64,000 bases of DNA from an uncultured Alphaproteobacteria bacterium (GTDB lineage Bacteria; Pseudomonadota; Alphaproteobacteria; Rhodobacterales; Rhodobacteraceae), in the NCBI GenBank assembly GCA_963822435.1, contig CAWGHN010000006.1, positions 30,307 through 94,306 of the forward strand, given 5' to 3'. The notes under the pieces were generated by a model that saw nothing but the letters and a program-made list of their open reading frames with translations, was not told the origin of the DNA and ran no database searches. A program made the position numbers and the translations under genes. Shown in pieces: positions 36,748-45,778 of this stretch. How positions within the stretch are numbered: the first letter of the stretch is position 1; each line of letters begins with the position of its first letter.

Positions 36748-37509
36748 TCAGGCCAGCGCCTGCCACATCAGCCGCGCCGCCATCAGGGACGAGACGACAA
36801 CCAGCAGCGGCTTGATCAGCCGCGCGCCGATGCGGACCGCCAGTCGCGCACCAAGCGCCGCCCCGGCGATCTGGGCCGCCGCCATCGCAAAAGCTGTAGC
36901 CCACCACGTTGCGCCCGAAAACACGAACACCATCAGGCTGCCGAGGTTCGACGCAAAGTTGAGGAATTTGGTATGCGCCGTGGCCTTCAGAACGCCGTAA
37001 CCGGCCAGAAGCACGAAGCCCATCATGAAGAATGACCCGGTGCCGGGGCCGAAGAACCCATCGTAGGCGGCGATCAGGGGCACTGCGGTGAAGGTGAATG
37101 TGGCGGGCCGCATCCGGGCGGCGCGGCTGTCGTCGCTGAGGCCGGGCTTCAGGGCGAAGAACAGCGCGACGCCGATCAGGATGACGGGCATGGCAAGGCG
37201 CAGCACCTCGACCGGGATCAGATGCGCGACGAGTGCGCCGCAGGCACCGGCTGCTGCGCTGACAGCGGCCATTCCGAGCTGTTCACGCGGGCGGACATGG
37301 CCGGCCCGGGCGTAGGCCACGGCGGCCGTTGCCGAGCCGAAGGTGCCTTGCAGCTTGTTGGTGGCAAGCGCTTCGACCGGGGAGGCCCCGGCCAGAAGAA
37401 GCGCCGGCACCGTGATCAGCCCGCCCCCGCCAGCGATGCTGTCGACAAAACCGGCAATGAACGCGGCCAGGATCAGGAGGAAGGCGAGGGATGTGGCAAT
37501 TTCGAACAT
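36748..37509 (-). CDS. TauE/SafE-family sulfite/anion exporter
   Basis: Start MFEIATSLAFLLILAAFIAGFVDSIAGGGGLITVPALLL. Multi-TM. The longer ORF to 37668 is rejected. Confidence 0.85.
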   Translation of the reverse strand: MFEIATSLAFLLILAAFIAGFVDSIAGGGGLITVPALLLAGASPVEALATNKLQGTFGSATAAVAYARAGHVRPREQLGMAAVSAAAGACGALVAHLIPVEVLRLAMPVILIGVALFFALKPGLSDDSRAARMRPATFTFTAVPLIAAYDGFFGPGTGSFFMMGFVLLAGYGVLKATAHTKFLNFASNLGSLMVFVFSGATWWATAFAMAAAQIAGAALGARLAVRIGARLIKPLLVVVSSLMAARLMWQALA

Positions 37510-37645
37510 ACACCGCTTCTGGCTGCTTCTGCTAGCGTCGGCAAGGGGAGGAGCCGCCTCGGGGGGCATCGAGCCCCCGCTTGGCGGCTCTGCCGGGGCG
37601 GGCATTTGTGGCCGCAGTGCTGCGGACGTGGCAGGACGCTCCGCG

Positions 37646-37663
37646 GGGAGTATTTCAGAAAAG
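37646..37663 (+). repeat. Intergenic repeat GGGAGTATTTCAGAAAAG (family copy E1)
   Basis: 16/18 match to the reverse complement of 37827-37844. Confidence 0.7.
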
Positions 37664-37826
37664 AGCAATTTGCTTAACGCTTTGGCAAGACATCGAGGTC
37701 AACCTGGCCAGGCGGTACAGGGAGGAGTCCCGATGACCGCAAAAGGGCAAGTCGCCCCGGCTGCGTGGGACACTCTCCTTTCGCCCCCGTAAAGGGGCCG
37801 TCAGCCGGGGTGCGCCTGCATTTGCG

Positions 37827-37860
37827 CTTTTCAAAAATACTCCCGCCGGAGGCTCCGGCG
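37827..37860 (-). repeat. Intergenic repeat (minus strand: CGCCGGAG-C-CTCCGGCG hairpin + GGGAGTATTTTTGAAAAG); also a plausible serB terminator
   Basis: Lies 23 nt downstream of the serB stop on the minus strand. Hairpin followed by a T-rich run. Confidence 0.6.
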
Positions 37861-37882
37861 CCAGCGACAGGCGCGACGGTGG

Positions 37883-38758
37883 TCAGGGCGCGAAGTCGTC
37901 GCGGGCATAGCCTTGCAGGTAGAGCAAAGCCGTCAGGTCGCCGTGGTTCACCCTTATGGCGCATTGGGCCTGGACGGCGGGCTTGGCATGGAGCGCCACT
38001 CCGGTGCCGGCAGCCTGCATCATCGGGAGGTCGTTTGCGCCGTCGCCCACCGCAATCACATCGGCCGCCGTGATGCCGAGCCGGGCGGAGATTTCGTGCA
38101 GCGCTTGCACTTTCGCCGCCTTGCCGAGGATCGGTTCCACCACCGCTCCGGTCAGGGCTCCGTCCTGCACCTGCAGGGTATTCGCGCGGTCTTCGTCAAA
38201 CCCGAGGCGCGCGGCCACCGCCTTGGTAAAGGCGGTGAAGCCGCCTGATACCAGCGCTGCGTGACCGCCCTGCGCTTTCATCGTGGCCACAAGCACGGGG
38301 CCACCGGGCATCAGGGTGATGCGGTCGCCAAGCACTTGGGCTATCACGCTTTCGGGCAAGCCTTTCAAAAGCCCGACCCGCTCGCGCAGGGCGGCCTCGA
38401 AATCCAGCTCGCCATTCATCGCGCGGGCGGTGATGCCCGCGACATGCGCACCGACGCCCGCCTCGTCGGCCAACGCGTCAATGCATTCCTCGCGGATCAT
38501 TGTGCTGTCCATGTCGGCGAGCAAAAGCCGCTTGCGGCGCCCTTCGGCGGGCTGCATCGCAAGGTCCACCCCGATGGCCTGCAAATCCTGCCACACCTGC
38601 CAGAACGTGTCGGGCTGGGCCGCAAGCTCGAACTCGGCCGCGATGCCGGGATCAAGCCAGCGCGCCGCGCCGCCGCCCCATGCATTGCGCAGGTTCTCCA
38701 CCAAAGCACGGTCTAGGATTGGTCGATCCGGGTTGGTCAGCAGCGTGGCCACAAGCAT
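37883..38758 (-). CDS. serB: Phosphoserine phosphatase
   Basis: Last 291 codons of ORF 37883-40096. HAD motifs LLLADMDSTMI and AVGDGANDLPMM. Confidence 0.9.
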   Translation of the reverse strand: MLVATLLTNPDRPILDRALVENLRNAWGGGAARWLDPGIAAEFELAAQPDTFWQVWQDLQAIGVDLAMQPAEGRRKRLLLADMDSTMIREECIDALADEAGVGAHVAGITARAMNGELDFEAALRERVGLLKGLPESVIAQVLGDRITLMPGGPVLVATMKAQGGHAALVSGGFTAFTKAVAARLGFDEDRANTLQVQDGALTGAVVEPILGKAAKVQALHEISARLGITAADVIAVGDGANDLPMMQAAGTGVALHAKPAVQAQCAIRVNHGDLTALLYLQGYARDDFAP

Positions 38759-38873
38759 CAATACGTCCCATCCCCGGCTGGCCCGCGTCGCAAATGCGCG
38801 GTCAGGCGGCGCTTTACGACGAAATTTCCGCTTGTGCCACCCCCGGCGAGCCGTTAAACGCGGCCTTGGGACA

Positions 38874-38906
38874 CCCTTCCCCAACGAAGGGCTTTTAGCT
38901 GGAAGG
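38874..38906 (+). promoter_or_regulatory. Possible serC leader element: hairpin whose 5' arm is also an anti-SD
   Basis: CCCTTC (38874-38879) pairs with GAAGGG (38886-38891), then CTTTT. CCTTCC (38875-38880) is also complementary to the SD GGAAGG (38901-38906), 5 nt before ATG 38912. Confidence 0.35.
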
Positions 38907-38911
38907 CTACC

Positions 38912-40069
38912 ATGACAGACCTGACCCCACCGGCCAAGCGCCCGGCAAATCCGCGCTTCTCTTCTGGCCCTTGCGCCAAGATCCCCGGTTTTTCGCTCGA
39001 CCACCTTGCCGACGCGCCCCTTGGGCGGTCGCATCGTGCCGCCATCGGCAAGGCCAAGCTGCGCGAGGCGATCGACCTTACCCGTGAAATTCTGGGCGTG
39101 CCGGCGGATTACCGCATCGGCATCGTCCCCGCCTCGGACACCGGTGCGGTCGAGATGGCGATGTGGTCGCTTTTGGGTGCCCGCCCGGTGGAGATGCTTG
39201 CCTGGGAAAGCTTTGGCGAAGGCTGGGTGACCGACGTGGTCAAGCAGTTGAAGCTGGACGCCAAGGTGCAGGTCGCGCCCTATGGCCAGATCGTTGATTT
39301 CCGGACCGTCGATTTCGACCGCGACGTGGTGTTTACCTGGAACGGCACCACCTCGGGCTGCCGCCTGCCGAACGGCGATGCGATTCCGTCTGGGCGTGCG
39401 GGACTGACCATCTGTGACGCCACCAGCGCCGCATTTGCGATGGATCTGCCGTGGGACAAGCTGGATGTGACCACCTTCTCCTGGCAGAAGGTTTTGGGCG
39501 GCGAGGGTGCGCATGGGATGCTGATCCTCAGCCCCCGCGCGGTGGAACGGCTGGAAAGCTACACGCCTGCATGGCCGCTGCCAAAGATTTTCCGGCTGAC
39601 CTCGAAGGGCAAGCTGATCGAAGGCATCTTTGTCGGCGAGACGATCAATACGCCGTCGATGCTGGCGGTGGAAGATTACCTCGTGGCGCTGAAATGGGCG
39701 AAATCGGTGGGCAGCCTGCAAGGGTTGGTCAACCGTGCCACGGCCAATGCCAAGGTCGTCTGGGAGTTTTGCGCGGCAAACCCGTGGATCGCCAATCTGG
39801 CCGAGACGGCCGATATCGCGTCGACCACCAGCGTCTGTCTGAAGTTCTCCGATCCGCGCATCACCGATGGCGAAGCATTTGCGAAGGCTGTGGCGAAGCG
39901 GTTGGAAAAGGCGGGTGTGGCCTATGACGTGGGCGCCTACCGCGATGCCCCCCCCGGCTTGCGGATCTGGTGCGGATCGACTGTGGAAACGGCTGACGTT
40001 CAGGCGCTGATGCCTTGGATCGCCCATGCCTTTGACGCTGAAATCGCGAGCCTGGCCGCGGCCGCCTGA
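38912..40069 (+). CDS. serC: Phosphoserine aminotransferase (alphaproteobacterial long type)
   Basis: [17 protein letters not shown]-terminal block and PLP-lysine block [10 protein letters not shown]. Followed by serA. Confidence 0.9.
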   Translation: MTDLTPPAKRPANPRFSSGPCAKIPGFSLDHLADAPLGRSHRAAIGKAKLREAIDLTREILGVPADYRIGIVPASDTGAVEMAMWSLLGARPVEMLAWESFGEGWVTDVVKQLKLDAKVQVAPYGQIVDFRTVDFDRDVVFTWNGTTSGCRLPNGDAIPSGRAGLTICDATSAAFAMDLPWDKLDVTTFSWQKVLGGEGAHGMLILSPRAVERLESYTPAWPLPKIFRLTSKGKLIEGIFVGETINTPSMLAVEDYLVALKWAKSVGSLQGLVNRATANAKVVWEFCAANPWIANLAETADIASTTSVCLKFSDPRITDGEAFAKAVAKRLEKAGVAYDVGAYRDAPPGLRIWCGSTVETADVQALMPWIAHAFDAEIASLAAAA

Positions 40070-40110
40070 CGCGGCCCGCCATTCCTGACCACTCATTCAT
40101 AAAGGAGCCC

Positions 40111-41709
40111 ATGATGGCCCCCAAGGTTCTCGTTTCCGACGAACTCTCTGAAACCGCCGTGCAGATCTTCCGCGACCGCGGGGTCGAGGTGGACTACATG
40201 CCGAAGCTGGGCAAGGACAAGGACGCGCTGGCCGCCGTCATCGACCAGTATGACGGGCTGGCGATCCGGTCGGCCACCAAGGTCACCGAAAAGCTGCTGG
40301 CAAATGCCACCCGGCTGAAGGTCGTGGGGCGTGCCGGGATCGGCGTCGACAACGTCGACATTCCGGCGGCGTCGAAGAAGGGCGTGATCGTGATGAACAC
40401 GCCGTTCGGCAATTCGATCACCACGGCGGAACATGCCATCGCGATGATGTTCGCCGTGGCACGGCAACTGCCAGAGGCGAATGCGTCGACGCAGGCGGGC
40501 AAGTGGGAAAAGTCGCGCTTCATGGGGGTGGAGCTGTTCAACAAGACCCTCGGCGTGATCGGCGCGGGCAACATTGGCGGCATCGTCTGCGACCGCGCGG
40601 TGGGGCTGCACATGAAGGTGGTGGCCTATGACCCCTTCCTGTCGGACGAACGCGCCAAGCACCTGGGTGTCACCAAGGTGGACCTTGACGATCTTCTGCA
40701 CCGCGCCGACTTCATCACCCTGCATGTGCCGCTCACCGACAAGACGCGCAACATCCTGTCGGCGGAAAATCTGGCGAAAACCAAGAAGGGCGTGCGCATC
40801 ATCAACTGCGCGCGCGGGGGGCTGATTGACGAGGTGGCACTGGCAGAAGCGCTGAAATCCGGCCATGTCGCAGGCGCGGCGCTGGACGTGTTCGAGACCG
40901 AACCGGCGACCGAGTCGCCTCTGTTCAACCTGCCCAACGTGGTCTGCACGCCGCACCTTGGCGCATCGACCACCGAAGCGCAGGAAAACGTCGCCTTGCA
41001 GGTGGCCGAGCAGATGGCCGATTATCTGCTGACCGGTGCTGTGCAGAACGCGCTGAACATGCCCAACGTCACGGCCGAAGAAGCGGCGGTGATGGGGCCG
41101 TGGATCAAGCTGGCGAGCCACCTTGGCAGCTTCATCGGCCAGATGACCGACGAGCCGATCAAGGCGATCAACATTCTTTATGACGGCACGGTCGCGGGCA
41201 TGAACCTTGCCGCGCTGAACCAGGCGGTGATCGCGGGCGTGCTGAAGGCGCATAACCCCGACGTCAACCTTGTCTCGGCCCCCGTGGTAGCGAAGGACAA
41301 GGGCATCCAGATCTCCACCACCCGGCAGGAAAAGACCGGGGTGTTCGACGCCTACATCAAGGTGACGATGGTCACGGACAAGCGCGAACGGTCGGTCGCG
41401 GGCACCTGCTTCAGCGATGGCAAGCCGCGCTTCATCCAGATCAAGGGCATCAACATCGACGCCGAAATCGGCGCCCACATGCTGTACACCACCAACGAGG
41501 ACGTGCCGGGGATCATCGGTCTTCTGGGCATGACGATGGGCAAGAACAACGTCAACATCGCGAACTTTACCCTTGGCCGGTCGGGCGTGGGGCAGGACGC
41601 GATCGCGATCCTGTATCTTGACCAGCAGATCGACCCCAAGGTGATCGAGACGCTGGAAGGCACCGGCATGTTCAGTCAGGTCAAGGCGCTGCAGTTCGAG
41701 GTTGCCTGA
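40111..41709 (+). CDS. serA: D-3-phosphoglycerate dehydrogenase (long form with ACT domain)
   Basis: AAAGGAG SD. Blocks GRAGIGVDNVD and GVIGAGNIGG. 532 aa with a C-terminal regulatory region. Confidence 0.95.
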   Translation: MMAPKVLVSDELSETAVQIFRDRGVEVDYMPKLGKDKDALAAVIDQYDGLAIRSATKVTEKLLANATRLKVVGRAGIGVDNVDIPAASKKGVIVMNTPFGNSITTAEHAIAMMFAVARQLPEANASTQAGKWEKSRFMGVELFNKTLGVIGAGNIGGIVCDRAVGLHMKVVAYDPFLSDERAKHLGVTKVDLDDLLHRADFITLHVPLTDKTRNILSAENLAKTKKGVRIINCARGGLIDEVALAEALKSGHVAGAALDVFETEPATESPLFNLPNVVCTPHLGASTTEAQENVALQVAEQMADYLLTGAVQNALNMPNVTAEEAAVMGPWIKLASHLGSFIGQMTDEPIKAINILYDGTVAGMNLAALNQAVIAGVLKAHNPDVNLVSAPVVAKDKGIQISTTRQEKTGVFDAYIKVTMVTDKRERSVAGTCFSDGKPRFIQIKGINIDAEIGAHMLYTTNEDVPGIIGLLGMTMGKNNVNIANFTLGRSGVGQDAIAILYLDQQIDPKVIETLEGTGMFSQVKALQFEVA

Positions 41710-41728
41710 CCCGGCCTTGCAGCTTGCT

Positions 41729-41777
41729 CTTTTCCCAAATACTCCACGGGAGGTCCGGAGGGTGTGAAACCCTCCGG
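41729..41777 (-). repeat. Intergenic repeat family copy D (minus strand: CCGGAGGGT-TTCAC-ACCCTCCGG hairpin .. GGAGTATTTGGGAAAAG)
   Basis: 9-bp perfect stem at 41755-41777. The GGAGTATTT..GAAAAG core is shared with 37646 and 37827. Confidence 0.65.
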
Positions 41778-41806
41778 GCGTGTCCCAAAGGCGCAAGGCA
41801 GACCGT

Positions 41807-42541
41807 ATGCACCTTTATGCGATCGGCGATATCCACGGCCACATTGACCTGTTGAAGGCCGCGCATGACCGCATCAGCGGGGACATCGCGCGCCACGGGC
41901 CGGGGCCGGTGATCCATGTCGGCGATCTTGTCGACCGCGGTCCGAATTCGGCCGGCGTGATCGACTACCTCGCGCGTGGCCTTGCGGCGGGTGAGGACTG
42001 GGTGGTGCTGAAGGGCAACCACGACCGGATGTTCAGCCGCTTTCTGCGCGATCCGCTTGACCCCGAACCGGGCCTGCGCGCTGACCTTGCGTGGCTGCAC
42101 CCCAAGCTTGGCGGGGCGGATACGCTGGCCTCCTACGGGGTGCGCAGCCCGGCGGACCGTCCGGTCGCCAAGGTGCATGCCGATGCGATCCTTGCGGTTC
42201 CCGAGACCCACCGCGCCTTTCTGGACGCCCGACCGACCCTGCACCGCGCGGCTGAGGCGGTGTTTGTGCATGCCGGCATCCGCCCCGGCGTGGCGCTGGA
42301 CGCGCAGGTCGAGACCGACCTTGTCTGGATCCGCGAGCCCTTCTTGTCGGACACCACCAGTTTCGGGCCGCTGATCGTGCACGGCCACACGGCAATCAAT
42401 CAGGCAACGCATTACGGCAACCGGCTGAACCTCGATTCAGGCGCTGCCTATGGTGGGCCCTTGTCAGCCGTGGTCATCGAAGGGCGCGAGGCGTGGCTGC
42501 TGACCGGGCAGGGCCGCGTCCCGCTGCATCTGCCCGCTTAA
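41807..42541 (+). CDS. Metallophosphoesterase (Ser/Thr phosphatase 1 / ApaH-like)
   Basis: MHLYAIGDIHGH, GDLVDRG and GNHD motifs. Confidence 0.8.
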   Translation: MHLYAIGDIHGHIDLLKAAHDRISGDIARHGPGPVIHVGDLVDRGPNSAGVIDYLARGLAAGEDWVVLKGNHDRMFSRFLRDPLDPEPGLRADLAWLHPKLGGADTLASYGVRSPADRPVAKVHADAILAVPETHRAFLDARPTLHRAAEAVFVHAGIRPGVALDAQVETDLVWIREPFLSDTTSFGPLIVHGHTAINQATHYGNRLNLDSGAAYGGPLSAVVIEGREAWLLTGQGRVPLHLPA

Positions 42542-42759
42542 GGGTGCTCGCGGCGGATCAGCCGTTTGATCGAACGCCCGCCAAGGTAGCCGAACACCAC
42601 GCTGGCGATGCCTACCACCTCGGCAATGGCCGGGCCGTCGGGCACGCCGCGCAGCCAAAGCGCAAAGCCCATCAGGCACAGCCCGGCGGCGCTGACCGCA
42701 AGCCAGAACCAAAGTTCGCCCCGTGTCGGGCCGAAGCGGAATCTGTTCGATGTGGTCAT
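42538..42759 (-). CDS. Small hypothetical membrane protein (73 aa, two predicted TM helices)
   Basis: Last 73 codons of ORF 42538-44118, starting MTTSNRFRFGPTRGELWFWLAVSAAGLCLMGFALWL. No family recognised. Confidence 0.45.
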   Translation of the reverse strand: MTTSNRFRFGPTRGELWFWLAVSAAGLCLMGFALWLRGVPDGPAIAEVVGIASVVFGYLGGRSIKRLIRREHP

Positions 42760-42894
42760 GCTGACGCCCCCCTTTTGCGAAGATAGGCAGGACGGCCCGC
42801 TTGTCCATGCCCGGAGGCCACGGTCGGGAATCCCTTCCTGCACCGGATGCCATTTTGCTGGACGGGTGCGGGAAGCCGTGATTCCCTGCCGCAC

Positions 42895-43455
42895 ATGACA
42901 AAGCGCATCTCTCCCCTTCTGGTCGTGCTGGCGATCATCCTTCTGACCGCCGCATGGCTTTTGTGGATCGGGCGCGAACCGATCTGCAAATGCGGCTATG
43001 TAAAGCTGTGGCACGGGCAGGTGGTCAGTTCGGAAAATTCGCAGCATATTGCCGACTGGTACACGCCCAGCCATATCATCCACGGCTTCCTGTTCTTCGG
43101 CCTTCTGTGGCTCGTGGCGCGGCGGCTGAGCCTTGGCTGGCGGCTGGCGATTGCCACGGCGGTGGAATGTTTGTGGGAGATTGTGGAAAACTCGGACGCG
43201 GTGATCGAACGCTATCGGTCGGTAACGATCTCGCTCGATTACTATGGCGACAGCGTGCTGAATACGATGGCCGACGTGCTGGCGATGGTCGTCGGTTTCT
43301 GGCTGGCGTCGAAGCTGCCGGTCTGGGCGACGGTGGCGATTGCGCTGGCGTTCGAGGCGCTGACGATCTGGCTGATCCGCGATGGCCTGGCGCTTAACAT
43401 CATCATGCTGCTTTACCCGCTGGACTGGATTGCGAACTGGCAGGCGGGGCGTTAG
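42895..43455 (+). CDS. DUF2585 / UPF0314-family membrane protein
   Basis: MTKRISPLLVVLAIILL..CKCGYVKLWHG..SQHIADWYTPSHIIHGF is typical of UPF0314. Confidence 0.8.
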   Translation: MTKRISPLLVVLAIILLTAAWLLWIGREPICKCGYVKLWHGQVVSSENSQHIADWYTPSHIIHGFLFFGLLWLVARRLSLGWRLAIATAVECLWEIVENSDAVIERYRSVTISLDYYGDSVLNTMADVLAMVVGFWLASKLPVWATVAIALAFEALTIWLIRDGLALNIIMLLYPLDWIANWQAGR

Positions 43456-44750
43456 CCCTGCCACCACGTCCCGGCCAGTGGCGCGCCGCCGACGAAGGCG
43501 GATGTGCCGAGCACCGCTTCGATCCGGAGGCATTCGTTCCACTTTGCCATCCGTTCGGACCGGGCGAAGGACCCCACCTTCAACTGCCCCGCACCAAGGC
43601 CGGTGGCGAGGTGCGAGATCACGACATCCTCCGTCTCGCCTGACCGGGCCGACACGATGGTGCCCCAGCCAAGCGCGCGGGCGGCGCGGAATGCCGCCAG
43701 CGCGCCGGTGACGGTGCCGGTCTGGTTGACCTTGATGAGGACGGCGTTGCAAGCACCTGCGGTGGCCATTTGGCGCACGAGGTCGGCGTTGGTGACAAGG
43801 GCATCGTCGCCGATGATCTGCACGCGGTCGCCGTGGGCTGCGGTAAAGGCCACAAGGCCGGTGGTGTCGCCTTCGGCCAAGGGGTCTTCGATCGAGGCAA
43901 TGGGGTATTGGGCCAGCCAGCCGCCAAGGTAGCGGCACATCGCTTCGGTTGTCAGGCTGCGTTTTTCGAGCCCGAGGTGATAGGCGCCGTTGCGGTAAAG
44001 TTCCGATGCTGCAATGTCGAGCGAAATCACCACACGCTTGCCGGGGGTTTCTCCGGCGCGGGTGATCGCCTCCATCAGGGTGTCCATCGCCTCTTCGTTG
44101 GTACGGAAATCGGGCCACCAGCCGCCCTCGTCAGCCACCCCGCCGCTACGGCCCTTGGCGGCGAGGATCGCGCCCGCGGCGTGGTAGATTTCCGCCGTGA
44201 TCTCCAGCGCCTCGGCAAAGCTGGTGGCACCGGGGACCATCACCATGAAGTCCTGCACGTCGACGCGCCGCCCGGCATGGGCACCGCCGCCGAAGATCTG
44301 AATCTCGGGAAGGGGCAGGCTTGGGGTGGTGCCGAGCGATGCGGCCAGATGCGCCCAGAGCGGTTGGCGATTGGACGCAGCGGCGGCTTGCAGGACGGCG
44401 AGGGATGCGGCGACGGTGGCGTTGCCACCAAGCAGCGCGAACGTCGGCGTGCCGTCGCGGGCAATGAGGACTGCGTCGATGGCCGATTGGTCGCTTGCCT
44501 CCATACCGATCAGCGCGTCGGCCACCGGGCCGCGCAGGTTGGCAAGTGCGTGGTCAACGCCCAGCCCTTTCAGCCTTGCCCCGCCATCGCGCAGGTCCAC
44601 CGCTTCGCGGCTGCCGCGTGAGGCGCCGGCGGGGGCTATGGCGCGGCCGGTGGCACCGGAGGCGAGGGTGACCTCGACCTCGACCGTCGGGTGGCCACGG
44701 CTGTCCCAGACGCGGCGGGCGGCGACGGACGTGATGCTGCGGTCGGTCAT
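43452..44750 (-). CDS. Enolase-family protein (divergent paralog)
   Basis: Start MTDRSITSVAARRVWDSRGHPTVEVEV. Enolase blocks IIGDDALVTN, IKVNQTGTVT and SARSGETED. ATGA overlap with the kinase gene. Confidence 0.85.
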   Translation of the reverse strand: MTDRSITSVAARRVWDSRGHPTVEVEVTLASGATGRAIAPAGASRGSREAVDLRDGGARLKGLGVDHALANLRGPVADALIGMEASDQSAIDAVLIARDGTPTFALLGGNATVAASLAVLQAAAASNRQPLWAHLAASLGTTPSLPLPEIQIFGGGAHAGRRVDVQDFMVMVPGATSFAEALEITAEIYHAAGAILAAKGRSGGVADEGGWWPDFRTNEEAMDTLMEAITRAGETPGKRVVISLDIAASELYRNGAYHLGLEKRSLTTEAMCRYLGGWLAQYPIASIEDPLAEGDTTGLVAFTAAHGDRVQIIGDDALVTNADLVRQMATAGACNAVLIKVNQTGTVTGALAAFRAARALGWGTIVSARSGETEDVVISHLATGLGAGQLKVGSFARSERMAKWNECLRIEAVLGTSAFVGGAPLAGTWWQG

Positions 44751-45778
44751 GTGAAATCCTTTTTCAGATCTGTCACCAGCGCCGCAATCGACGCGGGTGG
44801 CGTGGCCACCAGCCGTCGCGCAGTGGCACGGACCTGTTGGCGGGCTGGATCGGAAAGGTATTCGACGGGCGATTTGCCGTCGATCCGGGCCAGCATCAGG
44901 GCCGGTTGCAGGGCGACGATGCGGACCTCCAGCGCAGCCGGGTGTTCCCAGGGTACTGCGCTGGAATAGCTGGCCCAGAAGGTCTGCAGTGAAGCAAGAA
45001 GGAAAGCGCGGCTGGCGGGCAGGTGGGCGGCCTTGAGCGCGAGGTGGTTGAGGCAGAAGGCGACGTCGAAGGCCGGGTCGCCCATCGTTGCACATTCGGC
45101 GTCAAGAAGGACAGGTGCGCCGTGGCGGATGAGGATGTTCTTTGGGCTGACGTCACCATGCACCAGGGTCGTGGTGGCGGCGTCGATCGCGTCGGCAAGG
45201 TGCAGCAGGCGGGGCGCGAGGTCGGGGTGGTGAATGGCGGTGGCGCGCAGATAAGGATCGGTGCGGATGGCGCGGAAATCGGCGGCGTTGTTGAACGGGG
45301 TGCGGTCAAAGCCGGGGGCGGCACCGGCGGCGTGGATTTGCGCGAGGGCGGCGGCGATGGAGGCGGCTTCCGCGCCCGTTGACGCGCCAGAAAGCATGGC
45401 GGTCTTCCACAGGTAGACGTCGGGGCCGGCGATGTCTTCCATCAGAAAGCCTTGCAGGCGGTTGGAATAGCCGACGACCTTTGGGGCGATGCCGGGCACG
45501 ATGCTTCCGGCCCGCGACAGCCATGCGTATTCGGCGCGGCTGCGGTGGACAGGCGCGCGCCAGTCTTGGGCGACACGCAGCCGGGCGAGGGCGAATTTGG
45601 CGCAGTATCTGGTGCCGTGCAGGCCGACACGGGCAATGTCGGAGGCGACGCCGCCGGAAAGGGGGATGACGGAGGTGACGTCTTTGGCTGCGCCAAGGCC
45701 GAGGTCGGCCACAAGTGCGCGGCAGCGGGTGTCAAGGTCCGGCTCGCCCTCCACCGCGTCAGACCGTGATGCCGCCAT
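44747..45778 (-). CDS. APH/choline-kinase-fold phosphotransferase (small-molecule kinase)
   Basis: Brenner-type motif LVHGDVSPKNILI and LLDAECATMGDPAFD. Start taken at ATG 45778, which overlaps the SDR stop by 20 nt. 45847 is the alternative start. Confidence 0.7.
   Translation of the reverse strand: MAASRSDAVEGEPDLDTRCRALVADLGLGAAKDVTSVIPLSGGVASDIARVGLHGTRYCAKFALARLRVAQDWRAPVHRSRAEYAWLSRAGSIVPGIAPKVVGYSNRLQGFLMEDIAGPDVYLWKTAMLSGASTGAEAASIAAALAQIHAAGAAPGFDRTPFNNAADFRAIRTDPYLRATAIHHPDLAPRLLHLADAIDAATTTLVHGDVSPKNILIRHGAPVLLDAECATMGDPAFDVAFCLNHLALKAAHLPASRAFLLASLQTFWASYSSAVPWEHPAALEVRIVALQPALMLARIDGKSPVEYLSDPARQQVRATARRLVATPPASIAALVTDLKKDFT

Noticed and set aside
37883-40096. 737-aa minus-strand ORF suggesting a giant SerB fusion
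   Set aside because: Only the last 291 codons (from ATG 38758) look like phosphoserine phosphatase. The upstream part is antisense to the serC coding sequence and has no domain-like features.
42538-45095. Long N-terminal extensions on ORFs 42538-44118 and 43452-45095
   Set aside because: The extensions are P/R-rich and antisense to, or overlapping, better-supported genes. Internal ATGs at 42759 and 44750 give products with sensible N-termini and overlap-coupled junctions.
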